Shown: piece by piece, positions 17,706 through 27,103 of the stretch
How the letters are laid out: every line of letters begins with the position of its first letter
Numbering within the stretch: position 1 is the stretch's first letter
Source: a virus
Taxonomy: Duplodnaviria; Caudoviricetes
Strand: one strand, 5' to 3'
Length of the DNA: 33,133 bases
IMG/VR virus record: IMGVR_UViG_3300006893_000016
Span: 1 to 33,133 of that record
Notes under the pieces: model-generated
The model's input: the letters and a program-made list of their open reading frames with translations, nothing else
What the model was told of the DNA's origin: nothing
The model's database searches: none
Position numbers and translations under genes: made by a program

Positions 17706-18470
17706 ATGGCACCACCTACAATCGCTCCGCTGTACAGGTTCGGCGCAGGCCAGTTTTGGTGTAAGCCGAATGCAGGTGACCTAGTAGCAAATCCAACGCC
17801 GATGCGCCTCGCGACGCTTCAGGAAGTCAACATGGAATTCTCCGCAGAAATGAAAGAGCTCTACGGCGAAAACCAATATCCCGAAACGGTGGCGATCGGC
17901 AAACGCAAGGTCGCAGGCAAGGCCAAGATTGGTCGCTGGAACACCACAGCGCTCAACCAGATGATGTTCAGCGGCACGCAAGGCACCGGGATGGACGTTG
18001 TCAAGGTTAATGAAGCGGCCGCGATTCCTGCCACACCGTTTCAAGTCACGGTTAGTGGCGCAGCTACTTTCGTAGAAGATCTTGGCGTCACCTACCAGAA
18101 CGGCACTCCGTTCATTCGCGTCGCGTCCGGTCCAACGGTAGGTCAATACAGCGTCAACGAAACCACTGGCGTTTACACGTTCGCCGCAGCCGACACACTC
18201 GTGAACGTGCTGATCACTTACACCGATGTGGTGTCTGCGACCGGCACCACGTTAGAAATTGACAATCAGATTATGGGCTACGGTCCGGTGTTCCAAGCTG
18301 TCTTCCGCGCCGCCTTCCGTGGGCAGGAATGCAACATCGTGCTGCAGGCCTGCATTGCCGGGAAACTTTCGCTGCAATCCAAAGTCGATGACTTCACTGT
18401 TCCTGAAATAGATTTCTCAGCCTTCCAGGACCAGAACGGCAAGGTCGGCTTCATTTACAGCACCCAGTAA
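17706..18470 (+). CDS. Major tail tube protein
   Basis: AGGAGG SD; KELYGENQYP..VAIGK, DDFTVPEIDFSAF; upstream of TAC/TMP. Confidence 0.85.
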   Translation: MAPPTIAPLYRFGAGQFWCKPNAGDLVANPTPMRLATLQEVNMEFSAEMKELYGENQYPETVAIGKRKVAGKAKIGRWNTTALNQMMFSGTQGTGMDVVKVNEAAAIPATPFQVTVSGAATFVEDLGVTYQNGTPFIRVASGPTVGQYSVNETTGVYTFAAADTLVNVLITYTDVVSATGTTLEIDNQIMGYGPVFQAVFRAAFRGQECNIVLQACIAGKLSLQSKVDDFTVPEIDFSAFQDQNGKVGFIYSTQ

Positions 18471-18658
18471 AAAGGAGGAAAGATGAAAGACGAAAAGAGT
18501 GCGTGCGGGAAACCCGAAGAGGCTTGTACGGACGAGAAATGCAAAACGCACGGCGACGCGGTTCAGAAGCGCTTTCGCAGGACGCATGTCTACGCTAAGA
18601 AGCAAGAAGTGGCGCCAGTAACTGAAGAATAATTTATACCGTTTACAGCACCCAGTAA
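18454..18658 (+). repeat. Exact 17-bp direct repeat TTTACAGCACCCAGTAA (18454-18470, 18642-18658)
   Basis: Direct comparison; duplicates the 3' end of the tube gene. Confidence 0.9.
18483..18632 (+). CDS. Small Cys-containing protein, 49 aa (not in ORF track)
   Basis: AGGAGG SD; MKDEKSACGKPEEACTDEKCKTHG... Confidence 0.55.
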   Translation: MKDEKSACGKPEEACTDEKCKTHGDAVQKRFRRTHVYAKKQEVAPVTEE

Positions 18659-18751
18659 CACACCCCACGAGTGCTGTGCGGTCCGGGCTGCGTTTCTTTG
18701 GGAGAGGCTACGCAGCCTGGACGCTGCTTCTGCAACCTGGCGGCAAAGCTT

Positions 18752-18964
18752 ATGCCTTTGACGATGGAGCAGATTAAATTCTTGGCGGTTACGGAAGCCA
18801 TGGCTAGAAACAACGGCGACAAGTCGGCGGCGGCAAAGGAACTGGCAATCGGAAGAACGACGCTGTATCGAATTATAGGAATGATTCACAGGAAGGCACG
18901 CATGTCCGAATCACCTGAAGACGAATCGACGAAAGGAAATTCGAAATGCTTCTGCTACTTCTAG
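18752..18964 (+). CDS. Stand-alone Fis-type helix-turn-helix protein
   Basis: AMARNNGDKSAAAKELAIGRTTLYR matches Fis/NtrC C-terminal HTH; start may be 18671. Confidence 0.75.
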   Translation: MPLTMEQIKFLAVTEAMARNNGDKSAAAKELAIGRTTLYRIIGMIHRKARMSESPEDESTKGNSKCFCYF

Positions 18965-19128
18965 TGCTGTTGCTGGTGTTTGGATTTGGCGGCGGTTACG
19001 TCGGAAACCGGCGGTGGGGTCCGGACGACGGAAGCTGGCACGAGGGCCCAGGCATCGGGATTTTCGGGATTGTTCTGTTAGTCCTTTTGGTCATCTTTCT
19101 TGTCGAAAATCTGCATGTACTGCGCTAG
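18946..19128 (+). CDS. Small two-TM membrane protein (DUF3309-like)
   Basis: MLLLLLVLLLVFGFGGGY...RRWG...GIGIFGIVLLVLLVIFL; AAAGGA SD. Confidence 0.65.
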   Translation: MLLLLLVLLLVFGFGGGYVGNRRWGPDDGSWHEGPGIGIFGIVLLVLLVIFLVENLHVLR

Positions 19129-19140
19129 GGGGCTGCCACT

Positions 19141-19503
19141 GTGCCAGAAGCTAAACCTAAATTCGAAGGCGTAACCGTGAAGCTCGCGGGAAATACGTAT
19201 GTAGTCCCACCGCTGAGCTTTAAGAACTGGACCGCGCAGGAGCCACTTATACGCGATTTCTGGAAGGTACGCGAAAAGGTGCTCGAGGCAAAAGACGACA
19301 AAGCGTTAATCGATAATCCGTTCATCACCAAATACATTCCGATCGTGCAAGCCGCGATCATGCAAAACCACCCGGATGCGCCTATCTTCGCGGACGTCCT
19401 GACGCTCAAAGACATACCGGAGTTTTCCAATGCTCTTGCGGCAGCCCTAGTCGATGACCAGGAAGAGCCTGCACCGGGGGAAGCACGAGCGGCCACGAGG
19501 TAG
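19141..19503 (+). CDS. Tail assembly chaperone (gpG-like)
   Basis: VKLAGNTYVVPPLSF; ends ...PGEA with G GGG GAA slippery site. Confidence 0.85.
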   Translation: MPEAKPKFEGVTVKLAGNTYVVPPLSFKNWTAQEPLIRDFWKVREKVLEAKDDKALIDNPFITKYIPIVQAAIMQNHPDAPIFADVLTLKDIPEFSNALAAALVDDQEEPAPGEARAATR

Positions 19504-19844
19504 AAAAGTACAGTTGGGGCGATATCTACGCCTTACTCGTGACCGCGACTGGATGGAACTGGGAATACATCGACGACTACATGACCATGCCGCGATTCCA
19601 GAAGCTCACGAGGTACTGGCTAAAGTTTCCTCCACAGCATTTGTCGCTGGCATCGATCAAGTCCGCACTCGGAATAAAGCCAGCTGAACGCAGCCGACGC
19701 ACCGGCACAGACAACGAATACGTTCCACCTGAACTGCAATCCAGTAGAGATATCACGAACTTGGTGGTTGCTTCTCCCTTTGGCGACGCCTTCGGGATGA
19801 AGCAATTGAAAGTCATTCAAATCGATAGCCGAAAGAAAACTTAG
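19476..19844 (+). CDS. Tail assembly chaperone -1 frameshift extension (gpT-like)
   Basis: GGGGGAA at 19476-19482; -1 frame reads GSTSGHEVEKYSWGDIYALLVTATGWNWEYID...PPQH to TAG overlapping TMP start. Confidence 0.85.
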   Translation, partial: GGSTSGHEVEKYSWGDIYALLVTATGWNWEYIDDYMTMPRFQKLTRYWLKFPPQHLSLASIKSALGIKPAERSRRTGTDNEYVPPELQSSRDITNLVVASPFGDAFGMKQLKVIQIDSRKKT

Positions 19845-22800
19845 TGAGCGACACCATTCTCGAACTGATGACACGCGTAGACGTTGAGCCGGTCAAGACG
19901 GCTATGACGGAAGCGGCTACCGCCGTATCCAACTCCACGTCAAAAATGAAGACGGACATGGCTTCGTTTAATGCGACCAGCATGGCCGCGAACGAAGGCG
20001 TCGTCGATTTCATGTCGAAGCTGCCACCGGCGTTCATCAAGGTCGAGGCCGGCGGAGTTTTCGCCTTTGAGCAAATCAAACGCCGCGTCATCGAAGCCAC
20101 CAGCGAAGTTGGCGCTCTGCGTCAAGAAATCCTGACCACCGATGACACTGCCAAACTCGCACAGCTGAACGCACAACTAGATCAGGCGCGCGCACGCATG
20201 ACCGCTGCACGCACCGAAATGCGCGCGATGCGGCTAGAAATGACCGAAACGCGTGAGAAGGCGGACCTACTGGGGGAGTCTGTCGGCGTAAAGATTCCTG
20301 GCGCGCTGGGCCGCATGCTCGGCCAGATGCCTCAAATCCAATCAATCATGAACGCGGCCTTTGCTCCGATCATGGTCTTGTTTTTCGTGGAAGCTATCGA
20401 GCATGCAATAGAGGGCATTGCCAAGCTGGCGCGTGCTATAGGCGGTTTTGGAGAAGAGGAGAGAAAGGCATTTGAATCAGCACTTGATCACAATCAGAAA
20501 CTAATCCTCTCCAATCTCGAACTGAAGGAAAAACTAGAAGCGATCAGTATCATCGGTAAAGAAGGCTCGACCAAATATGCGGCCGAGGCGAAGAACGCGG
20601 CAGCCGCCGCAGTAGATCAAGCCGCTGAACTCGCACGAGTAAACCGTGAACTGCCAAAGATGCAGGAGCAGGTAAACCGCCTCTCCTTAAAGAAGAAGAT
20701 CGGCCTCGACCCGCTCGACTACGCACCTTGGGATATAGCGTTCACATTTATCAAGCGCGGATTAGACAACACAGGCGAAGAATTGGAAGCAGCTCAGGCG
20801 AAACTGCGTCGCTTTAATGAGACACGCGACCAACTCGAAGGGAAGCTGCGCGAGCGCCCGGTTGAGGCCGGGAAAGCAAAAGCTGAAGAAAAAGTTCGCG
20901 GTGGCGACGAGGCTCGTGAGGTGCAGAGGGCAAACGTAGAAGCACAGAAAAGCCTCCAGACCGAATACGTCAACTTTTACGAACAGGGCCTGCGGCGAAT
21001 GTATGCTGACGACAAGATTACCCTGGCGGACGAAGTTGCTGGCGAGAAGGAAGCTGTTCTGGCTCGCCTTGAGATTGAACGAACTTACGCTGCCCAACGC
21101 AAACAGCTTCTCGCTGCCGAAGCTGCTGCGCATCCGGGGAAAAACGTACAACCACAGGTAATCGCTGTTAACACGCAACTCGCGGACGCGGAACTGCGCA
21201 CCAGATCAGAGATTGCCGCCATTGATCAGCGCTTCGACAAAGAAACAGAAAAGCAGCGCGACGCTGTAAACCTCGCAACTGTTAAAGCGGCTAAGTCGGC
21301 CGCGGACTCCGAGATTGCCGTAGTAGAAGAAACGTCAAGACGAAAATTCGCGAACGGGCAAATCGTCCTCTCAGAACTAACGGCAATCGAAAAGGCAGCC
21401 GCCAACCAACGCATTGATGAGCAGCGAGCTGTCGTGCAAGAGGAACTCCGCGCCGCCGAGCAGGAGCCTGAGAAGAAAAAGGCGCTGATCATCAAGCTGA
21501 ATTCGGACCTCGAGAACCTCGAGCGCGAACGCATCACGAAAATCGACGCCATCGATATCGAGGCCGAAAATCGCAAGCGCGCGATTTTGAGTATCGAAGC
21601 AGAGTCAGCCAAGGTACATCAGCAAAGTCTACTCGAAATCGATCGCATTGGAATTGAGACGCGCGCGAATCTTGGACTGATCAGCAACAGCCAACGCCTT
21701 ACGCAGCTGAAGGCTATCACCACGCAGGAGTACCAACTCGAAAGGGAAGCGATAGAGAAGAAGAAATCTCTCTACGCTGAAGGCACCACACAATTCGTAG
21801 AGGCGGAAAAAGAACTTCAGCAGATCAACGACAAGTACAGCAAGCAAATGGCAGAAGATGACGCCAAGGCATTGAAGGAACGATTGGCTGCGTGGGAAAA
21901 ATTCGACCATCAAATAGTAGACAGCTTTTCTGGCGCGGTCGGAGAAATGCTGCGCCATCAAAAGACTTTCGGCCAAGCCATGGCTGCTGCCTGGAACACC
22001 ATGGTCGTCGACTTCGCGCAAGCCATGGCGAGAAAACTGGCGCAGTGGATTCTCACGCATACGTTGATGAAAGTTGTCAGCCAGATTTTCCACCTCGAAG
22101 AACTGACCAAGCAAACCGTAGCAACCTCGGCTGAGACTGGAGTCGTTGCCGCAGGTCAAGTGGCGCAGGTTGCAGCTGTGGCAACCGGTCAAACTGCCCA
22201 GACCGCTGCCGTCACTACGGGTAGTTCAGCTCGTGCGGGTGTCGGACTACTCGAAGACATCAAGAGCATCGGAAGGGCGGCCGCCACTGCTGCAGCTCAC
22301 GCGTTCAAGTGGGTTATGGAAGAAGTGCCATTTCCCGCGAACGTCGCGCTGGCTCCCGTAGTTGCGGCGGGAGCTTTCACCGCAGTCATGGCGTTCGGGT
22401 CGATCGCTTCTGCGGCCGGTGGTATGGAAGTAACTCACGACCAAGTGGCCGCGCTCCACAAAGATGAAAAAGTTCTGCCCGCCGCGTTCAGTCGGGATCT
22501 GTCGACGGCTATTGGTGGTTCCAGCTCTAAGGGAATTGGAATCCCAGCGATCGCCGGATCTCTTAGTTCACTTGGTGGTGGCGTAAGTCAGTTGCGCTCG
22601 CAGATGTCGATGCTGCAATCATCTTCCGCGTCAGATTCCCGCTCCAGCTCTTCTTCCACGACAAACAAAACGGTCAACAGTCATGCATCCGCTGCTGGCG
22701 GCATGGACGTCACGCATGACCAGATGGCGATGGTTCACAAGGACGAAATAGTTCTACCTGAATCGATCGCACAGAACTTCCGATCGATGCATGGTGCCGC

Positions 22801-23005
22801 TGGGGCTGGAGGAGCGGCGGGAGCAGCAGGAAGTTCAGGTGGTAGCGGGGGATTCGGTTCGTCTGTCACGAACAACAAAAATGTCACTCAGCACATTCGC
22901 CCAACGATAGTCGTCAACCATCCTGGTGAGAAGGTGAGCCAGGAAGACATCGAGAAAGCCGTGCTCAAAGGCGTGCGGAGGGGAGCAATTCAGACCTCAT
23001 TCTAA
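19844..23005 (+). CDS. Tape measure protein
   Basis: 1053 aa, Ala/Glu/Lys helical; hydrophobic VIAPVVAAGA-type segment; AMVHKDEIVLP C-terminal motif. Confidence 0.93.
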   Translation: MSDTILELMTRVDVEPVKTAMTEAATAVSNSTSKMKTDMASFNATSMAANEGVVDFMSKLPPAFIKVEAGGVFAFEQIKRRVIEATSEVGALRQEILTTDDTAKLAQLNAQLDQARARMTAARTEMRAMRLEMTETREKADLLGESVGVKIPGALGRMLGQMPQIQSIMNAAFAPIMVLFFVEAIEHAIEGIAKLARAIGGFGEEERKAFESALDHNQKLILSNLELKEKLEAISIIGKEGSTKYAAEAKNAAAAAVDQAAELARVNRELPKMQEQVNRLSLKKKIGLDPLDYAPWDIAFTFIKRGLDNTGEELEAAQAKLRRFNETRDQLEGKLRERPVEAGKAKAEEKVRGGDEAREVQRANVEAQKSLQTEYVNFYEQGLRRMYADDKITLADEVAGEKEAVLARLEIERTYAAQRKQLLAAEAAAHPGKNVQPQVIAVNTQLADAELRTRSEIAAIDQRFDKETEKQRDAVNLATVKAAKSAADSEIAVVEETSRRKFANGQIVLSELTAIEKAAANQRIDEQRAVVQEELRAAEQEPEKKKALIIKLNSDLENLERERITKIDAIDIEAENRKRAILSIEAESAKVHQQSLLEIDRIGIETRANLGLISNSQRLTQLKAITTQEYQLEREAIEKKKSLYAEGTTQFVEAEKELQQINDKYSKQMAEDDAKALKERLAAWEKFDHQIVDSFSGAVGEMLRHQKTFGQAMAAAWNTMVVDFAQAMARKLAQWILTHTLMKVVSQIFHLEELTKQTVATSAETGVVAAGQVAQVAAVATGQTAQTAAVTTGSSARAGVGLLEDIKSIGRAAATAAAHAFKWVMEEVPFPANVALAPVVAAGAFTAVMAFGSIASAAGGMEVTHDQVAALHKDEKVLPAAFSRDLSTAIGGSSSKGIGIPAIAGSLSSLGGGVSQLRSQMSMLQSSSASDSRSSSSSTTNKTVNSHASAAGGMDVTHDQMAMVHKDEIVLPESIAQNFRSMHGAAGAGGAAGAAGSSGGSGGFGSSVTNNKNVTQHIRPTIVVNHPGEKVSQEDIEKAVLKGVRRGAIQTSF

Positions 23006-23730
23006 TGAGTAACTTAGTCTATCCCGGAGATCTGCGCGGCCTGACCTGGACACGCATCAAGACCGCTGAAAACAGCACGGGGCTGCAGCGATCTAGCAGT
23101 GCGGACGAAACGCGTATCGCCAATTATCTGAATCCGATCTGGCATTGGATATTGATGTACAGCGTGCTCTACGATCGGCCAGGACAACTGATTCCCGGCT
23201 ACAGCGTGCCCGACTATCGCTACCTGCAAGGTTTCTTTCTCGCTCGCCAGGGCATGTTCGATGATTTTCTGTTCTTAGATCCCAGTGATTATTCCATTGG
23301 GCCCGCCATACTTACTGGCGGTGGACCGAATCCGCTGGCGCAACTTCAAGTTGTCAACGACGGCGCTGGCAATTACTACAGCCCGATCCAGCGAAACTTT
23401 GGCGGCCTCTTCTATGAAGATGTGACCGATCTGGCGACAGGCATCACGGTATTCGCTAACGAAGCGCTGCAGGCGAATCCAGCGGACTACACCATTCTAG
23501 GTCCGGGCCTCGCGATACCTGGTGCATCGTTCTCCGGCCTCTATCTCAAGTGGACCACTGCACCGGCCACGCCAGTCACCGCACAATTCAATTTCTATTT
23601 CCGCGTGCGGTTTGAAAGTGACACGCAGGATTTCGAGCAGTTACAGCACGACCTTTTTGCCATCGGTGGCGATGGTGGTGTCAAGGGCAGCGGCGAACTG
23701 AAGCTCATGAGTGCTCGGAGGAACGCATGA
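23005..23730 (+). CDS. Distal tail protein (DUF2460-like, GTA-type)
   Basis: LQGFFLARQGMFDDFLFLDPSD, VTAQFNFYFRVRFESD; follows TMP. Confidence 0.85.
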   Translation: MSNLVYPGDLRGLTWTRIKTAENSTGLQRSSSADETRIANYLNPIWHWILMYSVLYDRPGQLIPGYSVPDYRYLQGFFLARQGMFDDFLFLDPSDYSIGPAILTGGGPNPLAQLQVVNDGAGNYYSPIQRNFGGLFYEDVTDLATGITVFANEALQANPADYTILGPGLAIPGASFSGLYLKWTTAPATPVTAQFNFYFRVRFESDTQDFEQLQHDLFAIGGDGGVKGSGELKLMSARRNA

Positions 23731-25532
23731 GACGCGTTGCCCTTTTCGTGGTTATTTTATTTCTCGCGCCGCGCGCCTTCTCCCAAACGATTTCAAACAT
23801 TTCTCCTCCCGCGGCCATCGTCGGTGGCGCGCAGTTTACCCTCACAGTTACTGGAAGCGGCTTTGCCGGCGGTACGACGGTCTTGTGGAACGGCTCGCCA
23901 CTCGCCAGCACTTTCGTCGCTTCGAATGTGATGACTGCGATTGTGCCTGCGGCCAATATCGGTGCGGTAGGCGCTGCGCAGATCACCGTTCTTGTCGGTT
24001 CTACCGTTTCGAACGGGCAAGTTTTTCAGATCCTCTCGCCAATCGGACAAGTGACATCGTGGACGCCAACAATTTTCACTGCTGGCGTCAGTACCAACGT
24101 CACGGTGTACGGAGTGGGATTTACTTCCAGCGCGGTGATTTATTTCGACTGGCTCGCAGTCAGTACGACTTTCGTTTCGTCGAGTCAGTTAAACGGGTCC
24201 GTTCCAAACACGGCCATCGCTACCAGCGGACCGCACTCAATCATCGTCATCAATGGCGCTGTTTCGTCACCGGCCAAGGCTCTTGCAATTTCCCCACGCA
24301 CAGTGGCGTTTCCAAATCAAGTCGTGAGTACCACGAGCTCAGCACAAACCGATACGGTGACAAACATCGGCAGTGCGACGGTCACCTTTTCGAGCTTTAC
24401 GATTGGCGGCGTAAATACTTCCGACTTTGCAATTTCGGCGAATACTTGCGGCGCGACACTGGCAGCTTCCGCGAGTTGCGTAGTCTCTCTGACCTTTACT
24501 CCAAGCAGTACGGGTGCGCGCACCGGCCTTTTGTCGGTGGCCAGCGATGCGGTTGGCAGCCCTATATCCGCCAAACTGACCGGAACTGGTATTGCCGGCT
24601 CAGGCTCTACGGTCAACATCAATCCGCTCGCGCTTAATTTCGGAAACGTAACCTTCACTTCAAATGCCAGCCTCACGTCGGTGGTCACAAACTTCGGCAT
24701 CGCGGGATCTCCGAATTACACAATCACCTCGATGGTCCTTGGTGGGGCAAACTCCGCGGACTTCAATAGCAGCACCAGCACTTGCGCGACGGCAACGCCA
24801 TACGCGCCTGGGGTCGGATGCAACGTCAACGTGGTTTTCACGCCGTCATCGGTGGCGGCCAAAGTCGCCACGCTCACCATCACCGACAACAGCAACACCA
24901 GCCCGGAAGTAATCGCATTGTCGGGGAACGGAGTAGCCCTCGCGCCGGGCGCAAATATTCTGCCCGTGTCGTCAATGGTTTTTGGAAATGTGCAGGTGAG
25001 CACCACGTCGGCGCCTATCACCGTGAACTTATTCAATGGCGGAACTTCCAATCTGTCGATCAGTTCAGTGGCGCTGAGCGGGACCAATTCTGCGGACTTC
25101 ACGCTGATAGGCGGCGGCTGCTCGAGCTCGACGGTCCTCCCTCCTGGCCAGCTTTGCCCGCTTACGGCAACCTTCACGCCATCACTCACGGCCACAGAGT
25201 CTGCCGTGATCACAGTCACCGATAACGCCACAGGAAGCCCGAGAACGGTCGCGCTTCATGGCACCGGCATTTCTACCGCGCATTACATGGCACTCACTTG
25301 GACGGCAAGCAATTCTCCCAGCATTGTGGGCTACAACGTTTATCGCGGTAGCCAGAGCGGCGGACCGTACTCCCTGCTGACGCCTGCTCCCGTCAACGCG
25401 CTGGCATATACCGACAGCGCAGTCATCTCTGGGAGCACTTACTTTTACGTGGTCACTGCGGTGGGCACCAATCCGCCGTACAACCCTGCCGAGAGCCTTA
25501 ATTCGGTTGTGGTCAGTGGGACGATCCCATGA
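23727..25532 (+). CDS. Exported multi-Ig protein: signal peptide, 2 IPT/TIG-like, 3 choice-of-anchor-D/ASH-like domains, C-terminal FN3 lacking strand A
   Basis: MRRVALFVVILFLAPRAFS|Q; FTLTVTGSGF; three FGNV...DF...C....C.V.V.FTPS repeats; LTWTAS...GYNVYR...YTD...YFYVVTAV. Confidence 0.85.
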   Translation: MRRVALFVVILFLAPRAFSQTISNISPPAAIVGGAQFTLTVTGSGFAGGTTVLWNGSPLASTFVASNVMTAIVPAANIGAVGAAQITVLVGSTVSNGQVFQILSPIGQVTSWTPTIFTAGVSTNVTVYGVGFTSSAVIYFDWLAVSTTFVSSSQLNGSVPNTAIATSGPHSIIVINGAVSSPAKALAISPRTVAFPNQVVSTTSSAQTDTVTNIGSATVTFSSFTIGGVNTSDFAISANTCGATLAASASCVVSLTFTPSSTGARTGLLSVASDAVGSPISAKLTGTGIAGSGSTVNINPLALNFGNVTFTSNASLTSVVTNFGIAGSPNYTITSMVLGGANSADFNSSTSTCATATPYAPGVGCNVNVVFTPSSVAAKVATLTITDNSNTSPEVIALSGNGVALAPGANILPVSSMVFGNVQVSTTSAPITVNLFNGGTSNLSISSVALSGTNSADFTLIGGGCSSSTVLPPGQLCPLTATFTPSLTATESAVITVTDNATGSPRTVALHGTGISTAHYMALTWTASNSPSIVGYNVYRGSQSGGPYSLLTPAPVNALAYTDSAVISGSTYFYVVTAVGTNPPYNPAESLNSVVVSGTIP

Positions 25533-27103
25533 TGAAGAGATTTTTTTTATTTCTGGCGATGCTGATGGTCTGCGCGATCGGAGCGCAAGCCACAAATCGC
25601 TTTGTCACCGAGACCGGAGCCAACGCGGGGAGCTGCACAAGTGGCGTAATTTCTCGGGCCACGTTCAATAGCACAACGCTGTCTCCCGACGATGTCGTGC
25701 TGTTTTGCGGAACGATTGCCGGGGAAGTGGACCCGCAGAGCAGTGGCACTTCTGGACATCCCATTGTTCTAAAGTTTGATACCGGCGCGAAGTGGTCTGT
25801 CACTGTTCCTAGTTTCAGCCAGTTCTTATATCTTGCTGGGCTATCCTTTATCACGATAGATGGTGGCACTCCCTGCGGTAAGGCGTCGCTCACTTGCAAC
25901 GGGCAGATCACCTACACACAGATGGGTTCAGCGTTCGGTTCCGGCGACGGTACCCACGTAGCCATCGTCAGTGGGGCGCACGACATCGAGATTAAGAATC
26001 TGGAGTGGGGGCCATTTTATCTGCATACCCCGCAATCCGGGTATCCACCCAACAATTACGATTCGGCCGCGACCATCTACGGCAATAATCCCGGCGCGAA
26101 CATCCACATTCACGATTGCAAATTTCACGACAACGCCTGGACGATCAACCTATTTGGAAGCGCCGGCACCAGCCAGAATTACGAAATAGACCATAACTAC
26201 TTTCAGCACACCTCGCATGGCGTGAACCTTGGAACCTCAGGCGCGGTATCTTTCGGCGGTCTGAAATTCCACGATAATTTTATTATGGACCCGGTGAACT
26301 GGGACCAGACCAACGGCAGCTTCCACCACGACGGGCTGCAAATCACCTGCACTACTACGCCCTGCACAGTGACGAATATACAAATCTACAACAACACCTT
26401 TGGTGGTGACTGGGGATGCACCAATACCTCGCCCATTTTTCTGGAAACGCATGAAGGCTCTTCTCTTCTAGTCACGAATGTCACAGTGTTCAACAATCTC
26501 TTTCAGAACGCGAACACCAGCAGTTGCGGCTGGGCCAACGGCGTCAATCTGCTCGGGCATTCAGGCGTCGCGGCCTACAACAACACCATAATTTGCGCGT
26601 CTCCTTTTGGCGGTCTCGGACTGCAATTTGGAGGTTCGGGCGCGGATTCAAGAAACAACATCGTCACCGGCTGCCAACTAGTAGCGGGAACCGGCAACGA
26701 ACCCACCACCATCGGAACTCTGAATTACAACCTATACGCCAACTGGATTATGGGCGGCGGCGGCAACGCCTTCTCGTGGAACGGTACAAGCACAAGCGGT
26801 GCTGGCCTCGCCTCGCAATTAACAAGTTGGAAAGCACTCATAGGTGGTGGCGTTGAAGCCAATTCCATCACCGCTACCGGTGCTGGATTGAACTCCGATG
26901 GCACGCTGGCATCCAATTCCCCGGCAATCAATAGCGGCACTAACCTTACCTCGCTGGGTATCGCCGCGCTCGACTTTGATAAAAACGGCAACCCGCGGCC
27001 GAATCCCGGAAACTGGGATATGGGCGCATTCAACAACGGCGCGGCGCCGCCTCCTCCGGTGCAGCCTGCTCCACCAACAGGACTCACCGCGGTGCCACAT
27101 TGA
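25529..27103 (+). CDS. Exported right-handed beta-helix (pectin-lyase-like) protein with C-terminal Pro linker + PPTGLTAVPH
   Basis: Signal peptide ...IGAQA|T; Asn-ladder repeats (IYNNTF, VFNNLF, AYNNTI); SPAINSG...DKNGNPRP...WDMGAF. Confidence 0.85.
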   Translation: MMKRFFLFLAMLMVCAIGAQATNRFVTETGANAGSCTSGVISRATFNSTTLSPDDVVLFCGTIAGEVDPQSSGTSGHPIVLKFDTGAKWSVTVPSFSQFLYLAGLSFITIDGGTPCGKASLTCNGQITYTQMGSAFGSGDGTHVAIVSGAHDIEIKNLEWGPFYLHTPQSGYPPNNYDSAATIYGNNPGANIHIHDCKFHDNAWTINLFGSAGTSQNYEIDHNYFQHTSHGVNLGTSGAVSFGGLKFHDNFIMDPVNWDQTNGSFHHDGLQITCTTTPCTVTNIQIYNNTFGGDWGCTNTSPIFLETHEGSSLLVTNVTVFNNLFQNANTSSCGWANGVNLLGHSGVAAYNNTIICASPFGGLGLQFGGSGADSRNNIVTGCQLVAGTGNEPTTIGTLNYNLYANWIMGGGGNAFSWNGTSTSGAGLASQLTSWKALIGGGVEANSITATGAGLNSDGTLASNSPAINSGTNLTSLGIAALDFDKNGNPRPNPGNWDMGAFNNGAAPPPPVQPAPPTGLTAVPH

